A DNA stretch of 32,000 bases, taken from Demequinaceae bacterium. GTDB taxonomy: Bacteria; Actinomycetota; Actinomycetes; Actinomycetales; Demequinaceae. The notes under the pieces were generated by a model. It was not told where the DNA came from, did not search any database, and worked only from the letters and a program-made list of their open reading frames with translations. Both the position numbers and the translations under genes were made by a program. Positions 1-8,396 of the stretch are shown here, piece by piece. The stretch is from positions 180,001 through 212,000 of the forward strand of contig OZ252279.1 of the NCBI GenBank assembly GCA_965250005.1. Direction: 5' to 3'. Numbering within the stretch: position 1 is the stretch's first letter; every line of letters begins with the position of its first letter.

Positions 1-2
1 CT

Positions 3-818
3 GCCGTGCGCGTGAACCCCGGAAACATCCGCAAGTTTGACGACAAGGTCGGAGAAATTGCGAAGGCGGCCAAGGACGGGGGAACCAGCATTCGCATCGG
101 CGTCAATGCAGGATCGCTGGACCCGCGCCTGCTGAAGAAGTACGGCAAGGCCACACCCGAGGCACTCGTGGAGTCGGCCGTGTGGGAGGCAAGCCTGTTC
201 GAGGAACACGACTTCCACGACTTCAAGATTTCCGTCAAGCACAACGACCCAGTGGTGATGGTCGAGGCATACAAGCAACTGTCCGACCGCGGCGACTGGC
301 CGCTGCACCTGGGCGTCACCGAGGCGGGCCCAGCGTTTCAGGGCACCATCAAGTCCGCCACCGCCTTTGGCGCGCTGCTCAGCCAGGGCATCGGCGACAC
401 AATTCGCGTCTCGCTCAGCGCCCCGCCCGTCGAAGAGGTCAAAGTGGGCATCCAGATTCTGCAATCGCTCAACCTCAAGGAGCGCAAGCTCGAAATCGTG
501 TCGTGCCCCAGCTGTGGCCGCGCGCAGGTTGACGTGTACGAGCTCGCCGAAAAGGTCACCGCCGGGCTCGAAGGCATGGAGGTGCCGCTGCGCGTGGCCG
601 TCATGGGCTGCGTGGTCAACGGACCGGGCGAGGCGCGCGAGGCAGACCTCGGCGTTGCGTCCGGAAACGGCAAGGGCCAAATCTTTGTCAAGGGCGAGGT
701 CATCAAAACCGTGCCTGAGGCGTTGATCGTGGAAACACTGATCGAAGAGGCGATGAAGATCGCCGATGCCATGGAGCCCATCGAGGGCGCCGCGCCCGAG
801 GTGTCGGTCTCCCAGTGA
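3..818 (+). CDS. ispG: 4-hydroxy-3-methylbut-2-enyl diphosphate synthase (IspG/GcpE), C-terminal part, 5' end outside window
   Basis: [42 protein letters not shown] and [15 protein letters not shown] are characteristic of the IspG C-terminal and iron-sulfur region; the frame is open to the window edge. Confidence 0.96.
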   Translation, partial: AVRVNPGNIRKFDDKVGEIAKAAKDGGTSIRIGVNAGSLDPRLLKKYGKATPEALVESAVWEASLFEEHDFHDFKISVKHNDPVVMVEAYKQLSDRGDWPLHLGVTEAGPAFQGTIKSATAFGALLSQGIGDTIRVSLSAPPVEEVKVGIQILQSLNLKERKLEIVSCPSCGRAQVDVYELAEKVTAGLEGMEVPLRVAVMGCVVNGPGEAREADLGVASGNGKGQIFVKGEVIKTVPEALIVETLIEEAMKIADAMEPIEGAAPEVSVSQ

Positions 819-831
819 CGGCGGCCCGGCC

Positions 832-1764
832 ATGACGGACTCCTTGCTGAGACGAGTGCGGCCGCGCTTCGCGGTTACGTCGCTACAGAAGCGCGACCTC
901 ACGGCTGCACAGACGTTGTGTGCCATCAAGCCAGTGGAGTTCGTCATGCCCGCGATGCAAGTTGAGGTGGCGCTCGATCACGGCCGCAGCAAGTCGGGTG
1001 GATTGTGGGGCGTGTACGAGCGCGACGGCCGCCGTCGCGACCTGCAGGGCGTGCTGTGGAACGGCGCGAACTTGATCCCGGCGATTCCCGAGCCCACTGA
1101 CCAAGTGCTCGCGGCCGTGGCAGACACGCTGGCGCGGAGAATAGGGCGTCCCAGCGCTCTCGTGGGGGAGGCCGCGGTGGTGCTCGACCTGTGGGATCGC
1201 ATCGACGGAGCCTGGGGGCCCGCGCGCTCCATGCGCCCGGAACAGCTACTCATGACTATCGAGGGCCCTGCCAAGCACGTACCGCCGCTTGACGCCCAGG
1301 ACGTCGCCCTTGACGCCGTGCGCACCGCCCAACTCGACGACTTCGCGGCGCTGTTGCCCACGTGCGTGGACATGTTTACCGCCGAGGTGGGCTACGACCC
1401 GCTTCTCCACGGCAGACGAGCATATGAGGACCGGCTCAAGTGGCTCATCAGGACAGGGCGATCCTTCGTTCAATACGGGTTGGCCGAGGGGCGCAGGCAG
1501 GTCGTGTTCAAGGCCGAGGCCGGCGTGGTGTCGCGCGGGGTGGACGGCGCCGGGGTGGCGGAAATGCAGGGCGTGTGGGTGCACCGCGCGTTGCGAGGCC
1601 GTGGGCTCGCGCGCGCCGGGATGTCGGCCGTTGTGGCGCTAGCGCGAGACGAGCTCGCGCCCACTGTTTCGCTCTACGTCAACGAATTCAACCGCAAGGC
1701 GATCCGGTCGTACGACGCCGTTGGCTTCCAATGTGTCGGTACGTTCGCGACGGTCATGTTCTAG
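832..1764 (+). CDS. GNAT-family N-acetyltransferase with N-terminal DUF4081-like region
   Basis: C-terminal GNAT pattern (GVWVHRALRGRGLARAGMSAVVALARDELAPTVSLYVNEFNRKAIRSYDAVGFQCVGTFATVMF); position between ispG and proS matches the common actinobacterial context; MTDSLLRR start chosen over the longer ORF. Confidence 0.85.
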   Translation: MTDSLLRRVRPRFAVTSLQKRDLTAAQTLCAIKPVEFVMPAMQVEVALDHGRSKSGGLWGVYERDGRRRDLQGVLWNGANLIPAIPEPTDQVLAAVADTLARRIGRPSALVGEAAVVLDLWDRIDGAWGPARSMRPEQLLMTIEGPAKHVPPLDAQDVALDAVRTAQLDDFAALLPTCVDMFTAEVGYDPLLHGRRAYEDRLKWLIRTGRSFVQYGLAEGRRQVVFKAEAGVVSRGVDGAGVAEMQGVWVHRALRGRGLARAGMSAVVALARDELAPTVSLYVNEFNRKAIRSYDAVGFQCVGTFATVMF

Positions 1765-1821
1765 CACGGCGATTTTCTAGCACGGTTCTTGTGCAATACA
1801 GCGCTCCGCTACGCTGGGCGG

Positions 1822-2646
1822 ATGCTACGGGAGGCGCCTGTTGCGGTGCGAGCGGGGAAGCACCGCCGCCGGTGGGCTGCCGGGCTCGCCGCCGTCTTGG
1901 TGCTGGTTTTCCTCGTGGCTGATGCCGCACGCACGGCGGCTGGAACGGCCGACGAGCCTGTAGCCGCGCCGAGCACCGATGCCACGAGCGTGCCCGCCGT
2001 GAGCGCGGCGCCGGACGCGCAGATCGACTTTCACGAGATCCCCGACGTGACGGTTAACGCGCTGGACGATCCGAGCTCGATCACCATTGTGGTCAACAAG
2101 CGGCGCCAACTCTCGCCCAAGAAGTTTGTGCCTGGAGACCTGGTGAATCTCAGCCCCATCCCAGGTGGTAGCTCTCAACGACTTACGCGCGAGGCGGCCG
2201 ATGCTTTGCGCACTCTGCACGCTGCGGCCGGACTCGAGGGCCTGGGGTTCAGCATCTCCACCGGCTACCGTACCTATAACCACCAGTCCGGCGTGTACTA
2301 CTCGTATGCCCGGGCTAGCAGCTATTGGGCCGCGGACCAGGGCTCCGCGCGCCCGGGCTATTCGGAGCATCAGACGGGCCTGGCCGTTGATATCTACACG
2401 AGCTCGCAGTGCCGGCTCAAGCGGTGCTTTGGCTCCAGCTCGATAGGACTGTGGGTCGCCGAGCATGCTCACGAGTACGGGTTTGTGATCCGCTACCCCG
2501 ACGGAAAGAAGAACGTGACGGGGTACGCGTGGGAGCCGTGGCATCTGCGATACGTGGGTGTTGAAGTCGCCGGCGCAATGCACGATTCTGGCGTGACGAC
2601 GCTCGAGGAATACTTTGGTCTGCCGGCGGCGCCTACGTACGGTTAG
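1822..2646 (+). CDS. D-alanyl-D-alanine carboxypeptidase, peptidase M15B/VanY-like, membrane-anchored or secreted
   Basis: N-terminal hydrophobic segment (WAAGLAAVLVLVFLVADA) followed by SGYRTYNHQ, SEHQTGLAVDI (SxHxxGxAxD) and EPWHLRYVG zinc/active-site motifs. An alternative GTG start lies at 1789. Confidence 0.9.
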   Translation: MLREAPVAVRAGKHRRRWAAGLAAVLVLVFLVADAARTAAGTADEPVAAPSTDATSVPAVSAAPDAQIDFHEIPDVTVNALDDPSSITIVVNKRRQLSPKKFVPGDLVNLSPIPGGSSQRLTREAADALRTLHAAAGLEGLGFSISTGYRTYNHQSGVYYSYARASSYWAADQGSARPGYSEHQTGLAVDIYTSSQCRLKRCFGSSSIGLWVAEHAHEYGFVIRYPDGKKNVTGYAWEPWHLRYVGVEVAGAMHDSGVTTLEEYFGLPAAPTYG

Positions 2647-2799
2647 CTGGCGATCGGAGCGACCGCGTCCGCGGGCGCGATGCCGAAGCCGACGACGCCC
2701 GCGAGCGCGTTCTCCCCGTTTGACTGGTGGAGGCGTATGGATGCCGCTAGGGTGACGCGCAGATAGTCAAGGGTTGGTAGATGCTGTCAAGGAGGGGTT

Positions 2800-3222
2800 A
2801 TGCGCCTGTTGAAGTTCAGTGTCGCGGCGGCAGTACTGGTGTTGGCGGGGTCGGCCTGTTCCGGAACCGCAGTCCAGGATCTTAGTGCGGGGACCTGTTT
2901 CAATGACACGTCGACTGCGGGGCAGGATGTTTCTGAGTTCGACCCGTTGGACTGCGATGCGGCGCACGATTCCGAAGTTTTCTATACCTTCGACGTATCG
3001 GTTGAGGGCGAATATGACAAAGAGGCCGTGTTTTTCGAAGTGGATGACACCTGTTTCGCGCACTTCGAGGAGTATGTGGGTGTTGCGTTCAACGACTCCG
3101 AGGTGTGGTTCTACCATTTCGGGCCGAACGAGGCTAGTTGGATCGAGGGCGAGCGTAGTGCTCGGTTTCGATTTCTGCTGGGGTTCGGTGGCCGAGGTTT
3201 TCGTGGAGTCGGGCGGTGTTGA
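2800..3222 (+). pseudogene. Septum_form-like small lipoprotein, 3' end lost at the IS3-family element; the reading frame runs into IS sequence
   Basis: Lipobox VLAGSAC; CFNDTSTAGQDVSEFDPLDCDAAHDSEVFYTFDV..GEYDKEAVFFEVDDTCFAHFEEYVG..WIEGER aligns with the intact copies at 7409 and 7964. After GER the expected xxICYLTIPxENLTGSLxGSGR tail is absent and the ORF reads RFRFLLGFGGRG from antisense transposase. Confidence 0.75.
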
Positions 3223-4027
3223 ACCAGTGGACCCATTCCAGGGTTGCGAACTCGACTTGCTCGATGGTTCGCCAGGGCTTTCGAGCACGAATCAGTTCGG
3301 CTTTGTAGGCGGCGTTGACGGACTCGGCTAGGGCGTTGTCGTAACTGTCTCCACGGGATCCGACAGAAGCGGTGATGCCGAGGTCGGTGAGGCGGTCGGA
3401 GTAAGCCAGGGACACATATTGCGTGCCCATATCGCTGTGATGGATGAGACCTTCCCCAGTGTCGTTGATGAAGGCAGCCATCTCGAGTGCCTGTAACGGC
3501 AACGACTGGGTAGTTAACGAACTGGATACTGCCCAGCCGACGATTTTGCGACTGAAGACGTCGGTGACGAAAGCGGTGTAGGCGAAGCCATTCCATGTGG
3601 CCACATAGGTGATGTCCGCGACCCAAAGCTCACGCGGACCACTAGCGGTGAAGCGCCGCTCCACTAAGTCAGCTGGTCGCATCGAGGCAGGGTCCGTAAC
3701 GGTCGTGAAGACTCTCTTGCCACGGCTAACCCCACGCAAATGGCTCTTGCGCATGAGGCGGGCCACCTGGTCGCGGCCCACATCCCAGCCGGCCCTACGC
3801 ATCGCCGCATACATTTTACGCACCCCGTAAACCGAATAGTTAGCAGCATGAATTTGGGTCAGGGCCTCACCGACCTGCTCGTCCCGAATTGATCTGTCGG
3901 AGCGAGGCCGAAACTTCGCGGCCCGATAGCCGCGCGAGGTAATGAACCCACCGGGTGTCGCAGCAAGTGTGCGACAAATGAACTCAACCCCGAATTGATC
4001 CCGATACTCATCGATGTATCGAATCAT
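3134..4027 (-). CDS. IS3-family transposase OrfB (rve/DDE integrase core); last residues probably encoded by non-IS flank
   Basis: WVADITYVAT, HHSDMGTQYVS and SYDNALAESVNAAYKAE supply the DDE residues. ATG overlaps the orfA stop (ATGA). C-terminus HYARPRSN overlaps sequence that codes for the host lipoprotein on the plus strand. Confidence 0.93.
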   Translation of the reverse strand: MIRYIDEYRDQFGVEFICRTLAATPGGFITSRGYRAAKFRPRSDRSIRDEQVGEALTQIHAANYSVYGVRKMYAAMRRAGWDVGRDQVARLMRKSHLRGVSRGKRVFTTVTDPASMRPADLVERRFTASGPRELWVADITYVATWNGFAYTAFVTDVFSRKIVGWAVSSSLTTQSLPLQALEMAAFINDTGEGLIHHSDMGTQYVSLAYSDRLTDLGITASVGSRGDSYDNALAESVNAAYKAELIRARKPWRTIEQVEFATLEWVHWFNTARLHENLGHRTPAEIETEHYARPRSN

Positions 4028-4341
4028 TTCGTCGTGGGGCGGTCGAGTTCCGCTGCAAAAAACGCTGACGCAGTCCGCAATATTTCGTTTGCACGCCTCA
4101 ACTCAGTGTTCTCGCGACGTAGCCGCCGCATCTCCGTCGACTCCTCACTCGTCACGCCCCGCTCGATGCCCGAATCAACACGAGCCTGGCGACGCCACCG
4201 TCTAACAGACTCCGTTGACACCCCCAAACGGGTAGCAACCCTCGACATGGCATCCGTTTCGCTGGCACCTGCCTCGCCGACCGCTTCGTCAACGAGCCTG
4301 ACCGCGCGGGCCTTGAACTCCTCTGGATATCTCTTTGGCAT
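4024..4341 (-). CDS. IS3-family transposase OrfA (helix-turn-helix/leucine zipper)
   Basis: MPKRYPEEFKARAVRLVDEA..VATRLGVSTESVRRWRRQ..MRRLRRENTELRRANEILRTASAFFAAELD is typical IS3 OrfA. Confidence 0.95.
   Translation of the reverse strand: MPKRYPEEFKARAVRLVDEAVGEAGASETDAMSRVATRLGVSTESVRRWRRQARVDSGIERGVTSEESTEMRRLRRENTELRRANEILRTASAFFAAELDRPTTK
4057..4062 (-). promoter_or_regulatory. Putative -1 programmed frameshift slippery site (T6 followed by G on the minus strand) for OrfAB fusion
   Basis: Minus-strand GCG TTT TTT GCA near the orfA end. The -1 frame is open from here (V F C S G T R P P H D E) into MIRYIDEYRDQFGVEF of orfB. Confidence 0.6.
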
Positions 4342-4527
4342 GATCCGATCCTCTCAAATAGAGATCGGAACAAAACCCAGGGCGGTTCAGAACTGATCGA
4401 GGCCGGGCTGGGAGTCTGTGACGTTGAGGTGTAGTCGGGACCGGCAAGAGTCTTGGCAAACTGTCAGGGCAGCGCGTAGGGGACGATGTCTGATACACGT
4501 CACTGACGAACGACTGGCCCGTGCCCG

Positions 4528-5229
4528 CTACTCGGTCCCGCCGGCCGCCTCGATCGCGCTCGCGATCGCTGTCTCGCCTTGGTAGCGAGCCCAGTACAGG
4601 GCGGTGGCGCCGCCCTCGTCGCGGATGTTGAGGCCGCATTCGCGTGCGATGAGTTCATCAACCACGTCGGAGTGACCCCAGTAGGCGGCGTACATGAGCG
4701 CCGTGCTATCGGTGGTTTCGAGCACGTCGATGTCTTCGCCTGCGCCCAGGAGCACGATGAGTGCTTCGACATTGCCCTCAGCCGCAGCTGTGTGAATCGC
4801 GCGTTTGCCGTTGGATCCCCTGTACACGTCACCAATATCTGCGCCGCGATCGACTAGCAGTTGCACCGTCTCTCCGGTGCTGCCGCCAGCAGCGAGCATC
4901 ATGGCCGTCTGTCCGGTTGCCGTGCGGGCGTCCACATCGGCCCCCGCGTCTAGCAGGAGCGCAATAAGCTCGAGCTGGCTCGCGAGCACCGCCCGATGGA
5001 CAAGTTTGAGACCGCCGATATTGTGGTCGACTTCGAGACCCGCGTCTAGCAAGGTTTGAAGCGTCACGGCGTCACCGACCGTGATCGCATCAGCTGCCTG
5101 CGGCCCGAGCGGGGCGTCCAGATCCACGGTCGCCACGGGCGATGTGCTCGCGGATGGCTCTACCGTGACGGACGAACATGCGACGAGCGCGAGCGCTGTT
5201 GCCGCAAGCATTGCGAAAGTCTTAAGCAT
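4528..5229 (-). CDS. Ankyrin-repeat lipoprotein
   Basis: Lipoprotein signal MLKTFAMLAATALALVACSS followed by ankyrin units (LVHRAVLASQLELIALLLDAGADVDART, GQTAMMLAAGG..TVQLLVDRGADI, RAIHTAAAEGNVEALIVLLGAGEDID, TALMYAAYWGHSDVVDELI). Start placed at MLKTF rather than the ORF start at 5277. Confidence 0.87.
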   Translation of the reverse strand: MLKTFAMLAATALALVACSSVTVEPSASTSPVATVDLDAPLGPQAADAITVGDAVTLQTLLDAGLEVDHNIGGLKLVHRAVLASQLELIALLLDAGADVDARTATGQTAMMLAAGGSTGETVQLLVDRGADIGDVYRGSNGKRAIHTAAAEGNVEALIVLLGAGEDIDVLETTDSTALMYAAYWGHSDVVDELIARECGLNIRDEGGATALYWARYQGETAIASAIEAAGGTE

Positions 5230-5470
5230 GTTTCTTCTCCTAGGGTGCTCGTGTGTCGAGGGCCGTGGTCGGAACATTCAGCCATGGACGCTTACGGCGC
5301 GCAACGAATGCGTTGAATCCCGCACTTGCTGCACGCCGCTAGACGCTTCTCCGCGACCTTGGAACCGGACATTACCCCATATATCGCCGTGATGTGGGGT
5401 GCAGCCGGTCCCGTCTATGAGTCGGACGCGCGGTTGTTGTTGCTGAAGGAAGAATCGGCATGCGGCCAGA

Positions 5471-5505
5471 GAGTGCCGGCGCCCACAAGCCGAGTGCCGG
5501 CGCCC
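5471..5505 (+). repeat. Short direct repeat GAGTGCCGGCGCCC x2, 21-bp period, upstream of proS
   Basis: Identical 14-mers at 5471-5484 and 5492-5505. Confidence 0.8.
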
Positions 5506-5520
5506 GCTAGACTTCCCACC

Positions 5521-7356
5521 ATGCTCCGCATGTCAACGCTGTTCCTGCGCACGCTCCGTGAGGACCCTGCAGACGCCGAGGTCGCCAGCCACCGCCTGCT
5601 CGTTCGCGCCGGATACATCCGCCGCGCCGCGCCCGGCATTTACAGTTGGCTGCCGCTGGGCTTGCGCGTTCTGGCCAAGGTCGAGGCCGTGGTCCGTGAA
5701 GAGATGGATGCCGCCGGGGGCCAAGAGGTGCACTTCCCGGCGCTGCTGCCGCGCGAGCCCTATGAGGCCACCGGGCGTTGGGACGAGTTTGGTGCCGGCA
5801 TGTTCCGCCTCCAGGACCGCAAGGGCGCGGACTACCTACTCGCACCCACGCACGAAGAGATGTTCACACTCCTCGTCAAGGACCTATACGGCTCGTACAA
5901 GGACCTGCCCATCACCCTGTACCAAATCCAGACCAAGTACCGCGACGAGGCCCGCCCGCGGGCCGGCCTGCTTCGCGGACGCGAGTTCATCATGAAGGAC
6001 GCGTACAGCTTCAACATCGACGACGCCGGGCTGGAAGCTTCCTACCAGGCGCAGCGCGACGCATACGTGAAGATCTTCGATCGCCTGGGCTTGGACTACG
6101 TGATTGTGGCCGCCAGCGCAGGCGCCATGGGCGGCTCCAAATCTGAGGAGTTCCTCAGTCCCACGGAGATCGGCGAGGACACGTACGTTCGCTCGGCCGG
6201 CGGGTACGCCGCGAACGTCGAGGCCGTCACCACGCCCGTTCCGGACGCAATCGACTATGCCGATGCGCCGGCCGCCCACGTCGAGGACACCCCCGACACC
6301 CCCACCATCGACACGCTCGTGGACCACGCAAACGCCGCGCACCCGCGCGCGGACCGCACCTGGACCCCAGCGGACACTCTCAAGAATGTTGTGCTCGCCG
6401 TCACCACAGCCGCGGGCGAACGCTCGCTCCTGGTTGTCGGGATCCCCGGCGACCGCGACGCAGACCCGGCACGCCTGGAATCGGCGCTCGCACCCAACGA
6501 GGTGGAGCCTGCAGGCGAGGACGACTTCAAGAAGCACAAGCAGCTGGCCAAGGGCTACATCGGCCCCGGATCGCTCGGCCCGCAGGCCCGCGACGGCAAG
6601 GCCGCCACGGTAGTCGCAGGCATCGCGCGCGACGACGACGGCAAACCCGACGCCACCGGCGCCATCCCATACCTGCTCGACCCGCGCATCGTCCCCGGGA
6701 CCCGGTGGATCACCGGAGCCGATGTCGCTGGCAAGCACGTGTTTGAACTCACCGCTGGCCGCGACTTCACCGCCGACGGCACCATCGAAGCCGCCACCGT
6801 GCACGCCGGCGATCCAGCCCCGGACGGTTCAGGCCCGCTAGAGCTGGCCCGCGGCGTGGAAATCGGACACGTCTTCCAGTTGGGCCGCAAGTACGCCGAA
6901 GCGCTCGATCTCAAGGTGCTCGACATGAACGGCAAGCAGCAGGTGGTGACCATGGGCTCGTATGGTGTGGGTGTCACCCGCGCGCTGGCCCTGCTGGCCG
7001 AGAACAACAACGATGAGTTCGGCCTCACGTGGCCCGCCAACGTTGCGCCGTACCTGGTGCATGTGATGGCCACCGGCAAGGACGACGTCGTGTACGTGGC
7101 CGCCGCCGCGCTCGCAGAGCAGCTTGAGTCCAGCGGGGTAGAGGTCTGCTACGACGACCGCCCCAAGGTCTCGCCCGGGGTGAAGTTCAAGGACGCCGAG
7201 TTGTTGGGCGCGCCGTTCATCGCCGTCGTGGGCCGTGGACTCGCCGAAGGAGTGATCGAGATCAAGATCCGCGCGACTGGCGACAGCGAACAGGTTCCCG
7301 TCGCAGACGCGGCGCGTCACTTGGCAGACCTCGTGGCCGGGGTGCTCGCGCGCTAG
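5521..7356 (+). CDS. proS: Prolyl-tRNA synthetase, bacterial (ProS type 1, with editing-domain insertion)
   Basis: [132 protein letters not shown]. The upstream in-frame extension to 5326 looks non-coding. Confidence 0.97.
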   Translation: MLRMSTLFLRTLREDPADAEVASHRLLVRAGYIRRAAPGIYSWLPLGLRVLAKVEAVVREEMDAAGGQEVHFPALLPREPYEATGRWDEFGAGMFRLQDRKGADYLLAPTHEEMFTLLVKDLYGSYKDLPITLYQIQTKYRDEARPRAGLLRGREFIMKDAYSFNIDDAGLEASYQAQRDAYVKIFDRLGLDYVIVAASAGAMGGSKSEEFLSPTEIGEDTYVRSAGGYAANVEAVTTPVPDAIDYADAPAAHVEDTPDTPTIDTLVDHANAAHPRADRTWTPADTLKNVVLAVTTAAGERSLLVVGIPGDRDADPARLESALAPNEVEPAGEDDFKKHKQLAKGYIGPGSLGPQARDGKAATVVAGIARDDDGKPDATGAIPYLLDPRIVPGTRWITGADVAGKHVFELTAGRDFTADGTIEAATVHAGDPAPDGSGPLELARGVEIGHVFQLGRKYAEALDLKVLDMNGKQQVVTMGSYGVGVTRALALLAENNNDEFGLTWPANVAPYLVHVMATGKDDVVYVAAAALAEQLESSGVEVCYDDRPKVSPGVKFKDAELLGAPFIAVVGRGLAEGVIEIKIRATGDSEQVPVADAARHLADLVAGVLAR

Positions 7357-7408
7357 CGTGGGCGCCTCGGCTGAGCGAGCCAATCGGGCGTTTTCGATAG
7401 GAGATCAG

Positions 7409-7834
7409 ATGGGTTCATCGAATTCCCTCGGGCTTGCGATCGCAGCCACGCTGTCCCTGGCGGGGTGCAACCTCAGCGACGCGGCCGACCTTGCCGTGGG
7501 CGACTGCTTCATCGGCAATTTCGGCAACGCCGAGGTGGTATCGACCGTCCGCACTGTGGAGTGCGACACGTCGCACAACGCCGAGGTTTACCACGTGTTC
7601 GAGGTCGGCTTTGGTGGGGCCTATGACGAGGACGCGGTCCTCGCGGCGACCAGCCAGGGCTGCTTCGACGCGTTCGAGCCGTATCTGGGAATCCGATATG
7701 AGCAATCGGCCGTCTACTCTCGCGAGTTCTACCCTCTTCTCGAGGGCTGGAACGACGGTGCGCGCCAGGCTATTTGCTACCTGACGATTCCGGGCGAGAA
7801 CCTCACGGGTTCGCTCAGGGGATCCGGGCGCTAG
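7409..7834 (+). CDS. Small lipoprotein with Septum_form-like domain, tandem copy 1
   Basis: MGSSNSLGLAIAATLSLAGCN lipobox; VGDCFIGN..STVRTVECDTSHNAEVYHVFEV..GCFDAFEPYLG..WNDGARQAICYLTIP. Same length as copy 2 and gap-free by eye. Confidence 0.82.
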   Translation: MGSSNSLGLAIAATLSLAGCNLSDAADLAVGDCFIGNFGNAEVVSTVRTVECDTSHNAEVYHVFEVGFGGAYDEDAVLAATSQGCFDAFEPYLGIRYEQSAVYSREFYPLLEGWNDGARQAICYLTIPGENLTGSLRGSGR

Positions 7835-7861
7835 TTGCGCGCTACTCACCAACGCTGACGC
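7835..7861 (+). repeat. Partial duplicate of the 3' end of the DUF4439 gene, downstream of lipoprotein copy 1
   Basis: TTGCGCGCTACTCACCAACGCTGACGC (7835-7861) matches TTGCCCGCTACTCACCAACGCTGACGC (8390-8416) with one mismatch. The latter includes the stop and last codons (GVSVGE*) of the minus-strand gene ending at 8397. Confidence 0.85.
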
Positions 7862-7963
7862 GCCGCGCCGCGCCGCCACGCCGTCGCGCTGATCTCGCGA
7901 CTGAGGCGCTCGCGCGTTAGCGTAGACTCATGGGCCAAATGGCCCTCTTCGATAGGAGAAGAC

Positions 7964-8389
7964 ATGCGCTTTTCAAAGGCCCTCGGGCTCGCCATCGCCG
8001 GAGTGTTGTCTCTGTCGGCGTGCAACCTTAACGCCGCCGCAGACCTCACTGTGGGCGACTGCTTCAACGACAACTTTGGTGACGCCGAAGAGGTGTCAAC
8101 CGTTCCCACCGTGGATTGCGACAAGTCGCATAACGCCGAGGTCTACCACGTGTTCGACGTCAACTTTGGCGGGACCTATGACGAGGACGCCGTCCTCACG
8201 GCCGCCGACGAGGGCTGCTTCGCCGCGTTCGAGGCCTACGTGGGCATCAGTTACGAGGAGTCGCTCGTCTACTACTTTGGCTTCTACCCACTGCTCGTCG
8301 GCTGGAACGACGGAGACCGTGAGGTCATTTGCTACCTGACGATTCCCGACGAGAACCTCACAGGTTCGCTCAAGGGGTCCGGGCGCTAG
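7964..8389 (+). CDS. Small lipoprotein with Septum_form-like domain, tandem copy 2
   Basis: MRFSKALGLAIAGVLSLSACN; VGDCFNDNFGDAEEVSTVPTVDCDKSHNAEVYHVFDV..GCFAAFEAYVG..WNDGDREVICYLTIPDENLTGSLKGSGR. Confidence 0.84.
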   Translation: MRFSKALGLAIAGVLSLSACNLNAAADLTVGDCFNDNFGDAEEVSTVPTVDCDKSHNAEVYHVFDVNFGGTYDEDAVLTAADEGCFAAFEAYVGISYEESLVYYFGFYPLLVGWNDGDREVICYLTIPDENLTGSLKGSGR

Positions 8390-8396
8390 TTGCCCG

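Larger units (their letters stand above)
3157..4389 (-). mobile_element. IS3-family insertion sequence (orfA + orfB), probably truncated at the orfB-side end; left boundary approximate
   Basis: Two overlapping transposase ORFs in IS3 arrangement. The orfA-side terminus read on the minus strand is TGAACCGCCCTGGGTTTTGTTCCGATC, ending near 4389. No matching inverted repeat was found by eye at the orfB side. Confidence 0.85.

Noticed and set aside
5326-5520. Possible N-terminal extension of ProS ([22 protein letters not shown]...[15 protein letters not shown])
   Set aside because: The extension lacks ProS-like sequence and contains the short DNA repeat; homologous ProS proteins begin near [21 protein letters not shown], so I treat it as upstream non-coding sequence.
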